A stretch of 64,000 nucleotides of DNA from Polyangiales bacterium (GTDB lineage Bacteria > Myxococcota_A > Polyangia > Polyangiales > Polyangiaceae), in NCBI GenBank assembly GCA_038231275.1, contig JBBRLQ010000005.1:96001-160000 (forward strand), in the 5' to 3' direction. Position numbers and translations under genes: made by a program. The notes under the pieces are model-generated. The model had not been told where the DNA came from and did not search any database. It saw only the letters and a list, made by a program, of their open reading frames with translations. Shown here one piece after another: positions 30,182 to 40,086 of this stretch; position 1 is the first letter of the stretch; each line of letters begins with the position of its first letter.

Positions 30182-31018
30182 ATGTCGTTCAAGCTCGTCT
30201 TCGGCGCGGTGCGACGCGACGACTCGGAGGTCGGCAAGAAGCCCCTCGAGCGCTTCGCGCGCGCCCTCGGTGAGCTCGCGAATCTCGACGTGCAGGTGTA
30301 CGAGGCGCCAACGTACGAGGACCTCGCGGCAGCGATCGCGCGCGGGGACGTCGACGCCGCGTGGCTCCCGCCCATCCCGTTCATCGCGCTCGAACGAAAA
30401 GGCGTGGCCGAGGGGCTCGTGAGCCAGCGCCGCGCGGGCCGCGCCGAGTTCCACGCCGTCTTGATCGTCAACGCCGCGTCGTCGATCAAGGCCATCGAGG
30501 ACGTACAGGGGACCCGCGCGGCGTGGGTCGATCCGTACAGCGCGAGCGGCTACGTCGTTCCGCGCATCGAGCTCGACGCGCGAGGGATCGATCCGCGCGC
30601 CGCGTTCTCGGCCGAGCGCTTCTTCCGCTCGCACGCCGAGGTCGCGCGCGCGGTCATCGAAGGTCGCGCCGACGTGGGGGCGACGTACGGCGGCGTCGAC
30701 AGCGGAGTGGTGAGCCGCGGCGCATGGCTCGAGCTCTCGCGCGGCGCCGAGTCGATCCGCGTCCTCTCCGTGCTCGCGGCGATCCCCGGCGACGTGATCG
30801 CCGCGCGCAACGATCTCCCCAAGCGCACGCGCGAGACGCTCACGCGCGCCCTCGTCGCCATCGCGCGCGATCGCGTGCAGCGCGTCTTCGTGCGTGATCT
30901 GTTCGGCAGCGAGGATTTCCGCCGATGGATGCCCGCGGGCTACGACGAGCTCCGCGAGCAGACCGCGGCGGCCTCCGCGAAAGGAATGCTCGAGGCCGAA
31001 GAGCACGGGTACAAGTGA
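30182..31018 (+). CDS. PhnD/SsuA-type substrate-binding-fold protein
   Basis: DAAWLPP, AAWVDPYSASGYVVP, SHAEVARAV..GRADVGA and IPGD. Confidence 0.78.
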   Translation: MSFKLVFGAVRRDDSEVGKKPLERFARALGELANLDVQVYEAPTYEDLAAAIARGDVDAAWLPPIPFIALERKGVAEGLVSQRRAGRAEFHAVLIVNAASSIKAIEDVQGTRAAWVDPYSASGYVVPRIELDARGIDPRAAFSAERFFRSHAEVARAVIEGRADVGATYGGVDSGVVSRGAWLELSRGAESIRVLSVLAAIPGDVIAARNDLPKRTRETLTRALVAIARDRVQRVFVRDLFGSEDFRRWMPAGYDELREQTAAASAKGMLEAEEHGYK

Positions 31019-31113
31019 CCCGCCTTCCGCTCTTTCCGCTCTTCCGGTCGTTCCGCTGACAACGGAAAATCACGGGTCACGCTCTTGCAGAACTCCTCTC
31101 CGGAGGACAACGA

Positions 31114-31857
31114 ATGCGCTTTGGCTGGCTCGCCTTGCTCCCCCTCGTCGCGGCCTTCGCGTGCGGCGGCACCAAGAAACACGCGGAAGATCCGTCGTCT
31201 ACGACGACCACCGGCGAGGCCTCTCACGACGGCCCGGCCGAGGTCGGGAAGCCGGCCCCGGATCTCGCGATCCAGCCGCTGAACGCCGGCCAAGCCGTCA
31301 AGCTCGACGCGCTGGCGGGTAAGGTCGTCGTCGTCGACTTCTGGGCGACGTGGTGCGGCCCCTGCCGCCAGTCGTTCCCGGGTCTCCAGGCGCTCTCGAA
31401 GCGGTACGAGGGACAGGTCGCGGTCGTCGGCGTGTCGGTCAACGACGAGCAAGACGGCATCACCGATTTCGCGAAGGAGCTCGGCACGACGTTCCCGATC
31501 GGATGGGACAAGGGGCACACGATCGCCGATCGCTGGAAGGTCGCGTCGATGCCCTCGTCGTACGTCGTCGACGGCACGGGGACGGTCCGCTTCGTCCACT
31601 CCGGCTACCACGACGGCGACGAGGCCGAGATCGAGAAGGAGGTCGCGTCGCTCCTCGGCAAGGCGCCTGCGCCGACGTCGGGCGACAAAGCCGACAAGAA
31701 GCCCGAGCCCGAGGCCGCAGCGTCGACGCCTGCGAACGACGACACGAAGGCGACCATCGACACCCCCAAGTCGACCACGCAGCGCGCGCGCCCCACCAGG
31801 AAGACGACCAAGAAGAAGAGCAAGAAGAAGAAGCCGACCGCGACGCCCGACACGTGA
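31114..31857 (+). CDS. TlpA/ResA thiol-disulfide oxidoreductase lipoprotein
   Basis: Lipobox AFAC; VVVDFWATWCGPC; Lys-rich tail. Confidence 0.88.
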   Translation: MRFGWLALLPLVAAFACGGTKKHAEDPSSTTTTGEASHDGPAEVGKPAPDLAIQPLNAGQAVKLDALAGKVVVVDFWATWCGPCRQSFPGLQALSKRYEGQVAVVGVSVNDEQDGITDFAKELGTTFPIGWDKGHTIADRWKVASMPSSYVVDGTGTVRFVHSGYHDGDEAEIEKEVASLLGKAPAPTSGDKADKKPEPEAAASTPANDDTKATIDTPKSTTQRARPTRKTTKKKSKKKKPTATPDT

Positions 31858-31942
31858 CGCCGCGGGATCCGGGATAGTCGTCTCCACCGATGACGCCAGG
31901 TCGTTGCCCAATCGGCCGGGCGCAACTAGGTTGTCAGCCGAG

Positions 31943-32695
31943 ATGGGTGCCTACGAGGAGACGGTGGAGGCGTGGCGCAGTGCCCGCTACAAGCGCCTCA
32001 CCGCCCCCGACGGCTGGCTGGCGCTCGTCGGGAAGTATCCGCTCGAAAAGGGGACCTCCAGGGTCGCAGTGGAGCGTGACGGGGGCGCGCCGCTCGATCT
32101 CGGCGTCGCGTTCGACGGTGCGCGCGTGATGCTCGAGCTTTCGCCGGGCGACGTGCGTGAGCTCGGCCCGAGCGGCATCGCGCTCGGGAGCATCACGCTG
32201 GAGCTCCTCCAGCGCGGCGAGGAGGCGTACTTGCGCGTGAAGGACGCCGCGTCGCGCGCCCGCACCGAATTCGCTGGAGTGCCGTATTTCCCCGTCGATC
32301 CGCGCTTGCGCGTCGTCGCGAAGCTCGAGCCGTTCCCCTCGCCGCGGGAGATCACGCTCGACTACGAAGGCGGCGCGTCGACGACGTACGTGACCGCCGG
32401 CGTCGCTCGCTTCGAGGTGGATGGGAAGCCGCAACGCCTCACGCTGCTCGTCGATCCCGACAAGCCGCGCCTCTACGTGCTCTTCAAGGATCTCACGAGC
32501 CGCGACGCGACGTACGGCGCCGGTCGCTTCATGTACACGCCGCTCCCCGAGGGCGGAGAGGTCGTCGTCGACTTCAACCAGGCCTTCAACCCGCCCTGCG
32601 CGCTCACGCCGTGGGCGAGCTGCCCGCTGGTGCCTCGCGAGAACTGGCTCGACGTCCGCGTCGAGGCAGGCGAGAAGCGGCCCGAGGAACACTGA
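31943..32695 (+). CDS. DUF1684-family protein
   Basis: APDGWLALVG, FKDLTS..TYGAGRF and DFNQAFNPPCA..CP. Confidence 0.85.
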   Translation: MGAYEETVEAWRSARYKRLTAPDGWLALVGKYPLEKGTSRVAVERDGGAPLDLGVAFDGARVMLELSPGDVRELGPSGIALGSITLELLQRGEEAYLRVKDAASRARTEFAGVPYFPVDPRLRVVAKLEPFPSPREITLDYEGGASTTYVTAGVARFEVDGKPQRLTLLVDPDKPRLYVLFKDLTSRDATYGAGRFMYTPLPEGGEVVVDFNQAFNPPCALTPWASCPLVPRENWLDVRVEAGEKRPEEH

Positions 32696-32698
32696 CTC

Positions 32699-34027
32699 AT
32701 GTACGCGCGCGCCGAGTCGCGCGTGCCGCGCCGCGTCCTCGTCGTCGCGTGGGCGGCGCTGATCCTCTCGCTCGCGGTTCGCGAGACGTGGATCTTCGCG
32801 GTTCAGTCGCCGTTCGACACGATCTACTCCGACATGGGCGGTTACATCGATCGCGCCCGCGAGCTGGTAGACGGCGTCGGACGCGTGTACCCGCGCCTTC
32901 GGGCGTTCTATCCGTACGGCACCCACTACGTCTTCGCGGCGCTGTTCAAGATCATCGGGGAGCAGCATACCGTCGCCGTGCGCGTCGTGTACGCCGCGAT
33001 GGCGTCGTTTCCAGCGTTTCACTTCGTTCTGCTCGCGTCGCGCATGTTCCGCTCGACGTGGGTGCTCGCGCTTCTCGGGCTGCTCTTCGCGGTGTGGCAG
33101 CCGCTCGTGTGGATCGTCGGATTTTTCATCTCCGAGGTCCCGTTCACGTGGCTCCTCTTCTACAACGCCTGGCTGGCGGTGAAGTTTTCGGAGACGCGGC
33201 GGGGCGGCCTGCGTTTGGGCCTCACGTCGGCGGTGCTCTTCGCGGTGCGGCCGCAGTTCATCCTCACCTTCGCGCTCATGGGGTTCTTGTACGCGCTCCA
33301 GCGCGGGCCGCTCCTCGTCCGGAAATACGCGTGGGGTCCGTACGCGCGGGTCCTCGCGCCGTGGCTCGTCGTGCTCGCCTTCAGCGCGGTGCGCCTCCAC
33401 TCGCTGAGCGGTCGGTGGGGCCTCATCTCCGAGAACAGCGGCCTCAACCGCCTCTTGTCGGACACGACGTACTCGCGCATCGAAGCCAACTGGGACACGG
33501 AGGAGAACGGACACTTCTGGTTCTGGATCGACGCGCCGGCGAAGTCGTTCGTGAACGAGCGGGCGACCGTGAACATCAACGGCTACATCGGCGACGTCGC
33601 GTTGCTGGATGTGGAGCGCCGGCGCTTCCTCGCCGACAAGACGTTCGCGTGGCGGGTGCGCCGGGCGCTCCGCAACGTCCAGCTCCTCTACCGGTGGAAC
33701 GATCCCTGGCCGGAGGAGGAGATCAAATCGCCGCCGTGGCGTCACGCGCTCCAGGAGCACTTCAACGAAGCCGTGCGGTGGGTGGTACTACCGCTTGCCG
33801 TGCTCGGGCTCTTCTCGGCGAGACGTCGCGCGCTGCTCGGCGTCATCTTCGCGCACGTGGGCACCGCGATCGGGCTTGCGATGTTCTTCTTCCCGGAGGC
33901 TCGCTACCGCGTCCCCTACGATCCGATGCTCCTCATCCTCGCGTTCGTGGCGATCGGTGGCTTGTGGGGGGTCGCGCGGAAGGTCGCCGTCGGGTTGGGG
34001 GCCGCGCGCGTCACGAAATTCTGGTAG
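32699..34027 (+). CDS. Polytopic membrane protein, probable GT-C glycosyltransferase
   Basis: SDMGGY in first loop, SEVPF, VRP and ARYRVP motifs; many TMs. Confidence 0.6.
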   Translation: MYARAESRVPRRVLVVAWAALILSLAVRETWIFAVQSPFDTIYSDMGGYIDRARELVDGVGRVYPRLRAFYPYGTHYVFAALFKIIGEQHTVAVRVVYAAMASFPAFHFVLLASRMFRSTWVLALLGLLFAVWQPLVWIVGFFISEVPFTWLLFYNAWLAVKFSETRRGGLRLGLTSAVLFAVRPQFILTFALMGFLYALQRGPLLVRKYAWGPYARVLAPWLVVLAFSAVRLHSLSGRWGLISENSGLNRLLSDTTYSRIEANWDTEENGHFWFWIDAPAKSFVNERATVNINGYIGDVALLDVERRRFLADKTFAWRVRRALRNVQLLYRWNDPWPEEEIKSPPWRHALQEHFNEAVRWVVLPLAVLGLFSARRRALLGVIFAHVGTAIGLAMFFFPEARYRVPYDPMLLILAFVAIGGLWGVARKVAVGLGAARVTKFW

Positions 34028-34037
34028 GAACCGTCCC

Positions 34038-36446
34038 ATGAAGGCCTCGTTCCGCTGGCTCCGGGAGCTCGTCCCGAACCTCACCGCCACCGCTGAAGAG
34101 CTCGCCGCGCGCCTCACCGGCGCGGGACTCGCGGTCGACGGCGTGACGCGGTTCGGCCAGGGATCGAGCGCGTGCGTCGTCGCGAAGGTCACGTCCGTGC
34201 GCCCGCATCCGACGAAGAGCGGTCTGCGCCTCGTCACCGTCGATCGCGGCGGCGCGACGCAGGAGGTCGTGTGCGGAGCTCCCAACGTTCCGGAGCCCGG
34301 CGGCCTCGTCGTCCTCGCGCCGCTCGGCACGCACCTCCCGGCGAAGGGAATGACGATCGAGCGCCGCACCATCGCGGGCGTCACCAGCGAGGGAATGCTG
34401 TGCAGCGAGTCCGAGCTCGGCCTCACCGAGGAGAGCGACGGAATCATCGTCCTCCCCGCGGGCGCAGGCGCGCCGGGTGACGCGTTCACCAAGGCGAGTC
34501 CGTCCGCGGAGGACGTGATCTACGAGCTCGATCTGACCCCGAACCGCGCCGACGCCCTCGGGCACGTCGGCCTCGCGCGCGACGTCGCGGCGATCTTCGG
34601 CCTCGCGTGGGAGCCGCCGAAGGTCGCGCCGCCGTCCCGCACCGGCACGCAAGACGTCGCCGCGCTCGCGCAGGTCACCATCGACGATCTCGAGCGCTGC
34701 CCCCACTACGGCGCAGCCGCGATCGTCGACGTCACGATCGGACCGTCTCCCCTGTGGGCGCGATACCGCCTCTCCTCGCTCGGGGTGCGGTCGATCTCGA
34801 ACGTCGTCGACGTCACGAACCTCGTGATGCTCGAGTACGGCCACCCGATGCACGCGTTCGATCTCGATCTGGTGCGCGGCGCCAAGATCGTCGTGCGCCG
34901 CGCGAAGGACGGCGAAACGATGAAGACGCTCGACGGTGTGGAGAGGAAGCTCACCGCCGACGATCTCCTCATCTGCGACGGCGAGGGACCGACCGCGCTC
35001 GGCGGCGTGATGGGCGGCGCGATCAGCGAAATCAACGGGGCGACCAAGCGCGTCTTGTTCGAGTGCGCGTACTTCGAGCCGCGCGGCGTGCGGCGGACGT
35101 CGCGGCGCCATGGGCTCCACACCGAGTCGAGCCACCGCTTCGAGCGCGGCGTCGACCCGGGGGACGTCTCGGCGGTGCTGGCGCGCGCGGTGTCGTTGAC
35201 GAGCGAGCTCGCGGGCGGGGCGGCGGTAAAGGGAGAGCTCCACGCCGGCGACGCCACACCGAAGCGCCGCGTCGTGAAGCTGCGCGCGGATCGCCTCGAT
35301 CAGCTCGTCGGCGAGCCGGTCGCGTGGGACGAGGCACGCGCGATCCTGACGCGACTGGGCTGCGTGGTAGAAGACGCTGCGCAGCGTGAGGCTTCGGTGC
35401 GCGTGCCGACGCATCGCCCCGACATCCTCCGCGAGTGCGATCTCATCGACGAGGTCGCCCGCATCCGAGGCATCGATCGCGTGAAACCGGTGCTGCCGGC
35501 GATCCGCTCCACGCGCGACGAGGGGCCGCGCGAGGAGGCCGCGCGTCAGGCCCGCGCCGCCGCCGTCGAGATGGGCTTGTCGGAGGCGATCACGTTCGCG
35601 TTCGTCGCGCCCGGCGATCTCGCGAAGGTTGGCGCGCCGGCGGCGACCGTGATCCTGAAGAACCCACTCAACGAGCTGCAGACGGTCATGCGCACGAGCC
35701 TCCTCCCGGGCCTCCTGGAGGCGCTCCGGCGCTCTCGACGTCACGGTGTGCGCGACGTCCGCCTCTTCACGATTGGCGCACGCTACCTCGCGGGCAAAGA
35801 TCTCCCCGAGGAACGCCTCTCGTTCGCGGCGATCGTGGCCGGCGATCGACCGAGCTACCTCACCAAGCCCGTTCCCGTCGACGTGTGGGACGGCAAAGGC
35901 CTCGCGGAGGGGCTCGTCGCGCGCCTCGTTCGACGCTCGGCGGTCATCCGCGCGCTGGCGGCGTCGGACCGGCCCGCGCACCTCCACCCGCGCGGCGCCG
36001 CTGGAATTTACGTGCAAAATGCATGCGTTGGTACGGTCGGTCCTCTGCACCCCGACGTCGTGGAGTCGTTCGATCTCGGCGAAGGCTGCGTCGTCGTCGA
36101 GCTCGATCTCGCGCGTCTCGGTGAAATCGGCCGCGCGCCGCCTGCGTTCGTCGACATCCCGCGCTTCCCCGCGAGCACGCGCGATCTCGCGATCGTCGTG
36201 CACGACGACGTCGCGGCGGGAGACGTCCTCGGCGCGGTGCGCGAGGCAGCAGGCGCCCTCGCGTGCGACGTGGACCTGTTCGATCGCTTCGTCGGCGGCG
36301 CGATCCCCAAGGACCACGCGAGCCTCGCGATCCACGTCGTCTACCGCGCGCCCGATCGCACGCTGACCGACGCCGAAGTTGACCAGAGTCACGCGAAGGT
36401 CGTGGCCGAGGTCGGCCGGCGCTTCGGCGCGCAGCTGCGGGCGTGA
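34038..36446 (+). CDS. pheT: Phenylalanine-tRNA ligase beta subunit
   Basis: VVCGAPNV, TPNRAD, DVTNLVMLEYGHPMHAFD, RFERGVD and RTLTDAEV. Confidence 0.97.
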   Translation: MKASFRWLRELVPNLTATAEELAARLTGAGLAVDGVTRFGQGSSACVVAKVTSVRPHPTKSGLRLVTVDRGGATQEVVCGAPNVPEPGGLVVLAPLGTHLPAKGMTIERRTIAGVTSEGMLCSESELGLTEESDGIIVLPAGAGAPGDAFTKASPSAEDVIYELDLTPNRADALGHVGLARDVAAIFGLAWEPPKVAPPSRTGTQDVAALAQVTIDDLERCPHYGAAAIVDVTIGPSPLWARYRLSSLGVRSISNVVDVTNLVMLEYGHPMHAFDLDLVRGAKIVVRRAKDGETMKTLDGVERKLTADDLLICDGEGPTALGGVMGGAISEINGATKRVLFECAYFEPRGVRRTSRRHGLHTESSHRFERGVDPGDVSAVLARAVSLTSELAGGAAVKGELHAGDATPKRRVVKLRADRLDQLVGEPVAWDEARAILTRLGCVVEDAAQREASVRVPTHRPDILRECDLIDEVARIRGIDRVKPVLPAIRSTRDEGPREEAARQARAAAVEMGLSEAITFAFVAPGDLAKVGAPAATVILKNPLNELQTVMRTSLLPGLLEALRRSRRHGVRDVRLFTIGARYLAGKDLPEERLSFAAIVAGDRPSYLTKPVPVDVWDGKGLAEGLVARLVRRSAVIRALAASDRPAHLHPRGAAGIYVQNACVGTVGPLHPDVVESFDLGEGCVVVELDLARLGEIGRAPPAFVDIPRFPASTRDLAIVVHDDVAAGDVLGAVREAAGALACDVDLFDRFVGGAIPKDHASLAIHVVYRAPDRTLTDAEVDQSHAKVVAEVGRRFGAQLRA

Positions 36447-37333
36447 CGATGCTCACGCGTCCCTTCGGCGCCACGGGCATCATGGTCTCCGCCCTCGGCC
36501 TCGGCGCAGGACACATCGGCGACGCGGGCGCGTCAGAGGACGAGGTCGGGCATCTCCTCAACGCGGCCGTCGATCGCGGCGTCACGTTCATCGACACGGC
36601 GCGCGGCTACGGCCTCTCGGAAGAGCGCGTCGGGCGCCACCTCGCGCACCGCCGCAAGGACTTCGTGCTCTCGACGAAGGGCGGCTACGGCGCGGACGGC
36701 GCGGCGGACTGGACCGCCGAGTCGATCTCGTCCGGGATCGATCAAGCCCTCGCGCGGATGCGGACCGACGTAGTCGACGTGTTCTTCCTCCACTCCTGCC
36801 CGCGCGACGTGCTCGCGCGAGGCGACGTCCCGCGCGCGCTCGAGCGGGCGAAGGAGCAGGGCAAGGTGCGCGTCACGGCGTACTCCGGCGAGAACGACGC
36901 GCTGGCGTTCGCCGTCGCGTCGTCGTTCGGCGCGATTCAGTGCTCGGTGAACATCTGCGATCAGCGCTCGCTGTCGGCGGAGGTGGCGGCGGCGACGGCG
37001 CGGGGGATGGGCGTCGTCGCAAAGCGCCCCATCGCGAACGCGCCCTGGAGGTTCGCGGAGCGGCCGGCCGGTGACTACTGCGAGCCGTATTGGGAGCGCC
37101 TCCGGGCGATGGGCGGCGACGCGCTTCGGGCGGGCGGCGACTGGCTCGATCTTGCGCTCCGCTTCTCCGCGTTCGCGCCGGGCGTCTCGACGGCGATCGT
37201 CGGCACCCGCAGCCTCGTCAACCTCGAGGCCGCGGCCCGCGCGGTGGAGCGCGGCCCCCTCGACGACGCCACCCTCGCGCGGTTGCGCGACGCGTTCCGC
37301 GCCCACGACGCCAACTGGGCTGGCCAAGTCTGA
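36443..37333 (+). CDS. Aldo/keto reductase
   Basis: SALGLG, FIDTARGYGLSE, LSTKGG and DVFFLH. Confidence 0.88.
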   Translation: MTMLTRPFGATGIMVSALGLGAGHIGDAGASEDEVGHLLNAAVDRGVTFIDTARGYGLSEERVGRHLAHRRKDFVLSTKGGYGADGAADWTAESISSGIDQALARMRTDVVDVFFLHSCPRDVLARGDVPRALERAKEQGKVRVTAYSGENDALAFAVASSFGAIQCSVNICDQRSLSAEVAAATARGMGVVAKRPIANAPWRFAERPAGDYCEPYWERLRAMGGDALRAGGDWLDLALRFSAFAPGVSTAIVGTRSLVNLEAAARAVERGPLDDATLARLRDAFRAHDANWAGQV

Positions 37334-37339
37334 GCACCC

Positions 37340-38188
37340 TCACGTCGTCGTGAGATCACGTGCGCGTCGCGCCTGCGACGGAGGAACGCCGAAGCGCGCG
37401 CGGAAGGCCTCGCTGAACGCGGCGAAGCTCTTGTAGCCGACCTTGGTGGCGATCTCGCCGATCGCGAAGCGTCGTCCGAGCAAGAGGAGGCGCGCCTCGT
37501 CGAGCCTGCGTCCGCGGACGTACGCGGAAGGGGTGACGCCGAGCTCTCGCTTGAGCGCGCGCAGGAGCGAGGACTCGCTGGCGCCGCACGTCGCGGGCAG
37601 GGACGCGATCACGTCGTCGTCGAAGAGCTTGGCCTCGATCACTGCGAGCGCGCGCGCCAGCAGCGGGCTCTCGTCGCTCGCGACGCTCGGGCGCTCACCC
37701 TCCTTCTCGCGTTCGAGCGCCACGAAGTAGACCTCCTTCGGGATCTCCGTCTCGAGGAAGCGCGTCGCGTCGTTGTTGCGCTTTTTGCAGTGTGCGCGCT
37801 CGAACAAGTACCGGTGGCAGAGCTCGTTCAGCCAGGTCGTTCGCGGGAGGAGCGTCGTCGTGCGCAGCGTCCGCTCGAAGCGGCGTGCGTCGATGTCGCC
37901 GCCGTACGTCTCGCGCGTCTTCTGCGCGAGGGACGGCGAGACGGTCAGCGCGAGCAAGTGACCGACCGGCGTCTTGGGCGTCACGCGCGCCGTCTCGCCC
38001 TTCGCCACGACGAGCAGCGTCGCTTTGTCGATCACGTACGCCGCGCGGCCGACGCGCGCTTCCACGATGCCGGCGTCGGTCGTGACCATCAGCGTGGGCT
38101 TGGTCGCGTCGATCCGCGCGGTGTCGCCCCCGCGCTGCGGGACGAAGCGGATGCCCATCGGGCCGGTCGGATCGTCGAGCGGTTCCAC
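37340..38188 (-). CDS. AraC-family transcriptional regulator
   Basis: C-terminal double HTH: ARLLL, IATKVGY and FSEAFRARFGVPPS. Confidence 0.85.
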   Translation of the reverse strand: MEPLDDPTGPMGIRFVPQRGGDTARIDATKPTLMVTTDAGIVEARVGRAAYVIDKATLLVVAKGETARVTPKTPVGHLLALTVSPSLAQKTRETYGGDIDARRFERTLRTTTLLPRTTWLNELCHRYLFERAHCKKRNNDATRFLETEIPKEVYFVALEREKEGERPSVASDESPLLARALAVIEAKLFDDDVIASLPATCGASESSLLRALKRELGVTPSAYVRGRRLDEARLLLLGRRFAIGEIATKVGYKSFAAFSEAFRARFGVPPSQARRARDLTTT

Positions 38189-38622
38189 TCCCGAAGGAGC
38201 GTATCACCGGGCCGGAGCGCGGCGCGCGGCGCGTCAGGGTGCGGCGCGGGGACGACGATGTCGTCGTCGGTCCCTTTGCGTTTGTCGGGACCGAAGCTCC
38301 GCACGCGCGTTTGCTCTCCCTCGCACGCGATCTCGTAGGGGACGTCCCACGGGTCCGTCATCTTCGAGGCCTCGTCGACCACGCCGGAGGCGACGAGCGC
38401 GTCGGCAGTCGGACAATCTTCCGGCACGTGCGAGAGGCGCCATGACTCGGCGGCCTGGCGGAGGCTGAGCGCTTGGGTGCGTGCCGTCGTCAGGCGCGCG
38501 CGCGTGAAGTGGCCCATCACGGCGATCGCCACGCCGCCGGCGATGAGGCCGAGGATCGTGACGACGACCATGACCTCGATGAGCGTGAAGCCGCGACGAC
38601 GGGAGGGTGCGTTGGTTGCCAT
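38089..38622 (-). CDS. GspG-like pseudopilin (prepilin)
   Basis: RRGFTLIEVMVV cleavage/methylation motif, DPWDVPY and SFGPD..GTDDDI. Confidence 0.85.
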   Translation of the reverse strand: MATNAPSRRRGFTLIEVMVVVTILGLIAGGVAIAVMGHFTRARLTTARTQALSLRQAAESWRLSHVPEDCPTADALVASGVVDEASKMTDPWDVPYEIACEGEQTRVRSFGPDKRKGTDDDIVVPAPHPDAPRAALRPGDTLLREWNRSTIRPARWASASSRSAGATPRGSTRPSPR

Positions 38623-38789
38623 GTTCCGTCCCTTCGCGAAACACGTGCCGGCGCCTGAGCCACGTCGTCCCGCGCGTTTTCAGGCGCGCCAACGCCCTCA
38701 CTGCGCCAACGCGGCAGTACGCGCGACCGGCGGCGACAAATCGTCAGCTGGCTTTGCGGGATTGAGCGGCAAACCGTAGGATGCGCGGG

Positions 38790-40079
38790 ATGGTCACCGC
38801 GGAGCCTAGGGACCCCAGCCTCGTCGGGGCGGTCCTCTCGCGACGGTTTCGCCTCCTGAAGAAGGTGGGGAGCGGCGGCATGGGATCGGTCTACACGACC
38901 GACCAGGTGATCGAGGGCCGCAAGGCCGCGGTGAAGCTGCTCCACCCCGAGTTCGTGCACGAGCCCGAGGTGAAGGCGCGCTTCGAAGAGGAGGCGCGGA
39001 CCATCCAGCGCCTCATCCACCCGAACATCCTCCGGGTCTTCGAGTGCACCGAGGCCGAGGACGGCACGCCGTACATCGTGATGGAGCTGCTCGAGGGCGT
39101 GCCCCTGAGCGCGTACACGGAGAACGGCGGGCGCGTGCCGCTCGCGCAGGCGGTGGTCATTGGGCAAGGCATCCTCGCGGGCCTCGCCGCGGCGCACGCG
39201 CAGGGCATCGTCCACCGCGATCTGAAGCCCGAGAACGTGTTTCTCTCGAACGAGGGCGGCGCGCACTTCGTCGTGAAGCTCCTCGACTTCGGCATCGCCA
39301 AGGTGATGGACGCCGCCGGCGGCATGGGCACCAAGACGCGCACCGGCATGCTCCTCGGAACCCCGGCGTACATGAGCCCCGAGCAAGTGAAGAACTCGAA
39401 GGACGTCGATCCGCGGAGCGATCTGTGGAGCGCCGGCGTCATGCTGTACGAGATGCTCACGGGGCGAACGGCATTCCCGGCGCCGACGGAGTACGCGCGC
39501 CTCTTCGCGGTGCTGAACAACACGCCGGAGCCGATCGAGCGCATCGATCCGGACCTCGCGCCCGTCGCCGCGTTCATGCTGCGCGCGATGGACAAGAACC
39601 GAGAGACGCGTTTCCAGTCGGCCCTCGAGATGGCGCGCGCGCTCACGCAGCTCGTGGGGCAGGGAGATCCGCTCAGCCGCGCGCAGCCGCTCTCGCGCTT
39701 GCCGGAGGTCGGCTCGCTCTACGCGCCGACCGGGATGGCGACGGCGGCGACCTCACCGCAGGCCAACAGCGCGTTCATCCCGCCGCCCACGCACGCCGTG
39801 GGTCCGGCGACGGTGCAGACCGGTCCGAGCGGCACGCTCACGAGCCCGGCGCGGCCCGACGTGGTCATCGCCGACGCGGTGCACTCGGTGCCGGTGGTCG
39901 TGGTCTCGAGCGGCGGCGGCACGCTGCCCTCCAACGATCTCCCGATGCTCGACGCGGTCACGCACGGCGCACCGCGCCTGCGCCGCGGGATCGACGCGAA
40001 GATCCTGGTCCTGCTCGTGGTGATCGCGCTCTTCGCCGGGTTCAGCCTCGGCTTCGCGGTAGGCCGCGGCTTCGGGTGA
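38790..40079 (+). CDS. Ser/Thr protein kinase with C-terminal TM
   Basis: GSGGMG, HRDLKPEN, DFGIAK and GTPAYMSPEQ. Confidence 0.93.
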   Translation: MVTAEPRDPSLVGAVLSRRFRLLKKVGSGGMGSVYTTDQVIEGRKAAVKLLHPEFVHEPEVKARFEEEARTIQRLIHPNILRVFECTEAEDGTPYIVMELLEGVPLSAYTENGGRVPLAQAVVIGQGILAGLAAAHAQGIVHRDLKPENVFLSNEGGAHFVVKLLDFGIAKVMDAAGGMGTKTRTGMLLGTPAYMSPEQVKNSKDVDPRSDLWSAGVMLYEMLTGRTAFPAPTEYARLFAVLNNTPEPIERIDPDLAPVAAFMLRAMDKNRETRFQSALEMARALTQLVGQGDPLSRAQPLSRLPEVGSLYAPTGMATAATSPQANSAFIPPPTHAVGPATVQTGPSGTLTSPARPDVVIADAVHSVPVVVVSSGGGTLPSNDLPMLDAVTHGAPRLRRGIDAKILVLLVVIALFAGFSLGFAVGRGFG

Positions 40080-40086
40080 TGCGCGC

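Noticed and set aside
34011-36392. 793-aa minus-strand ORF and many similar Arg/Ala-rich overlapping ORFs
   Set aside because: Shadow ORFs of real genes caused by stop-codon scarcity at high GC
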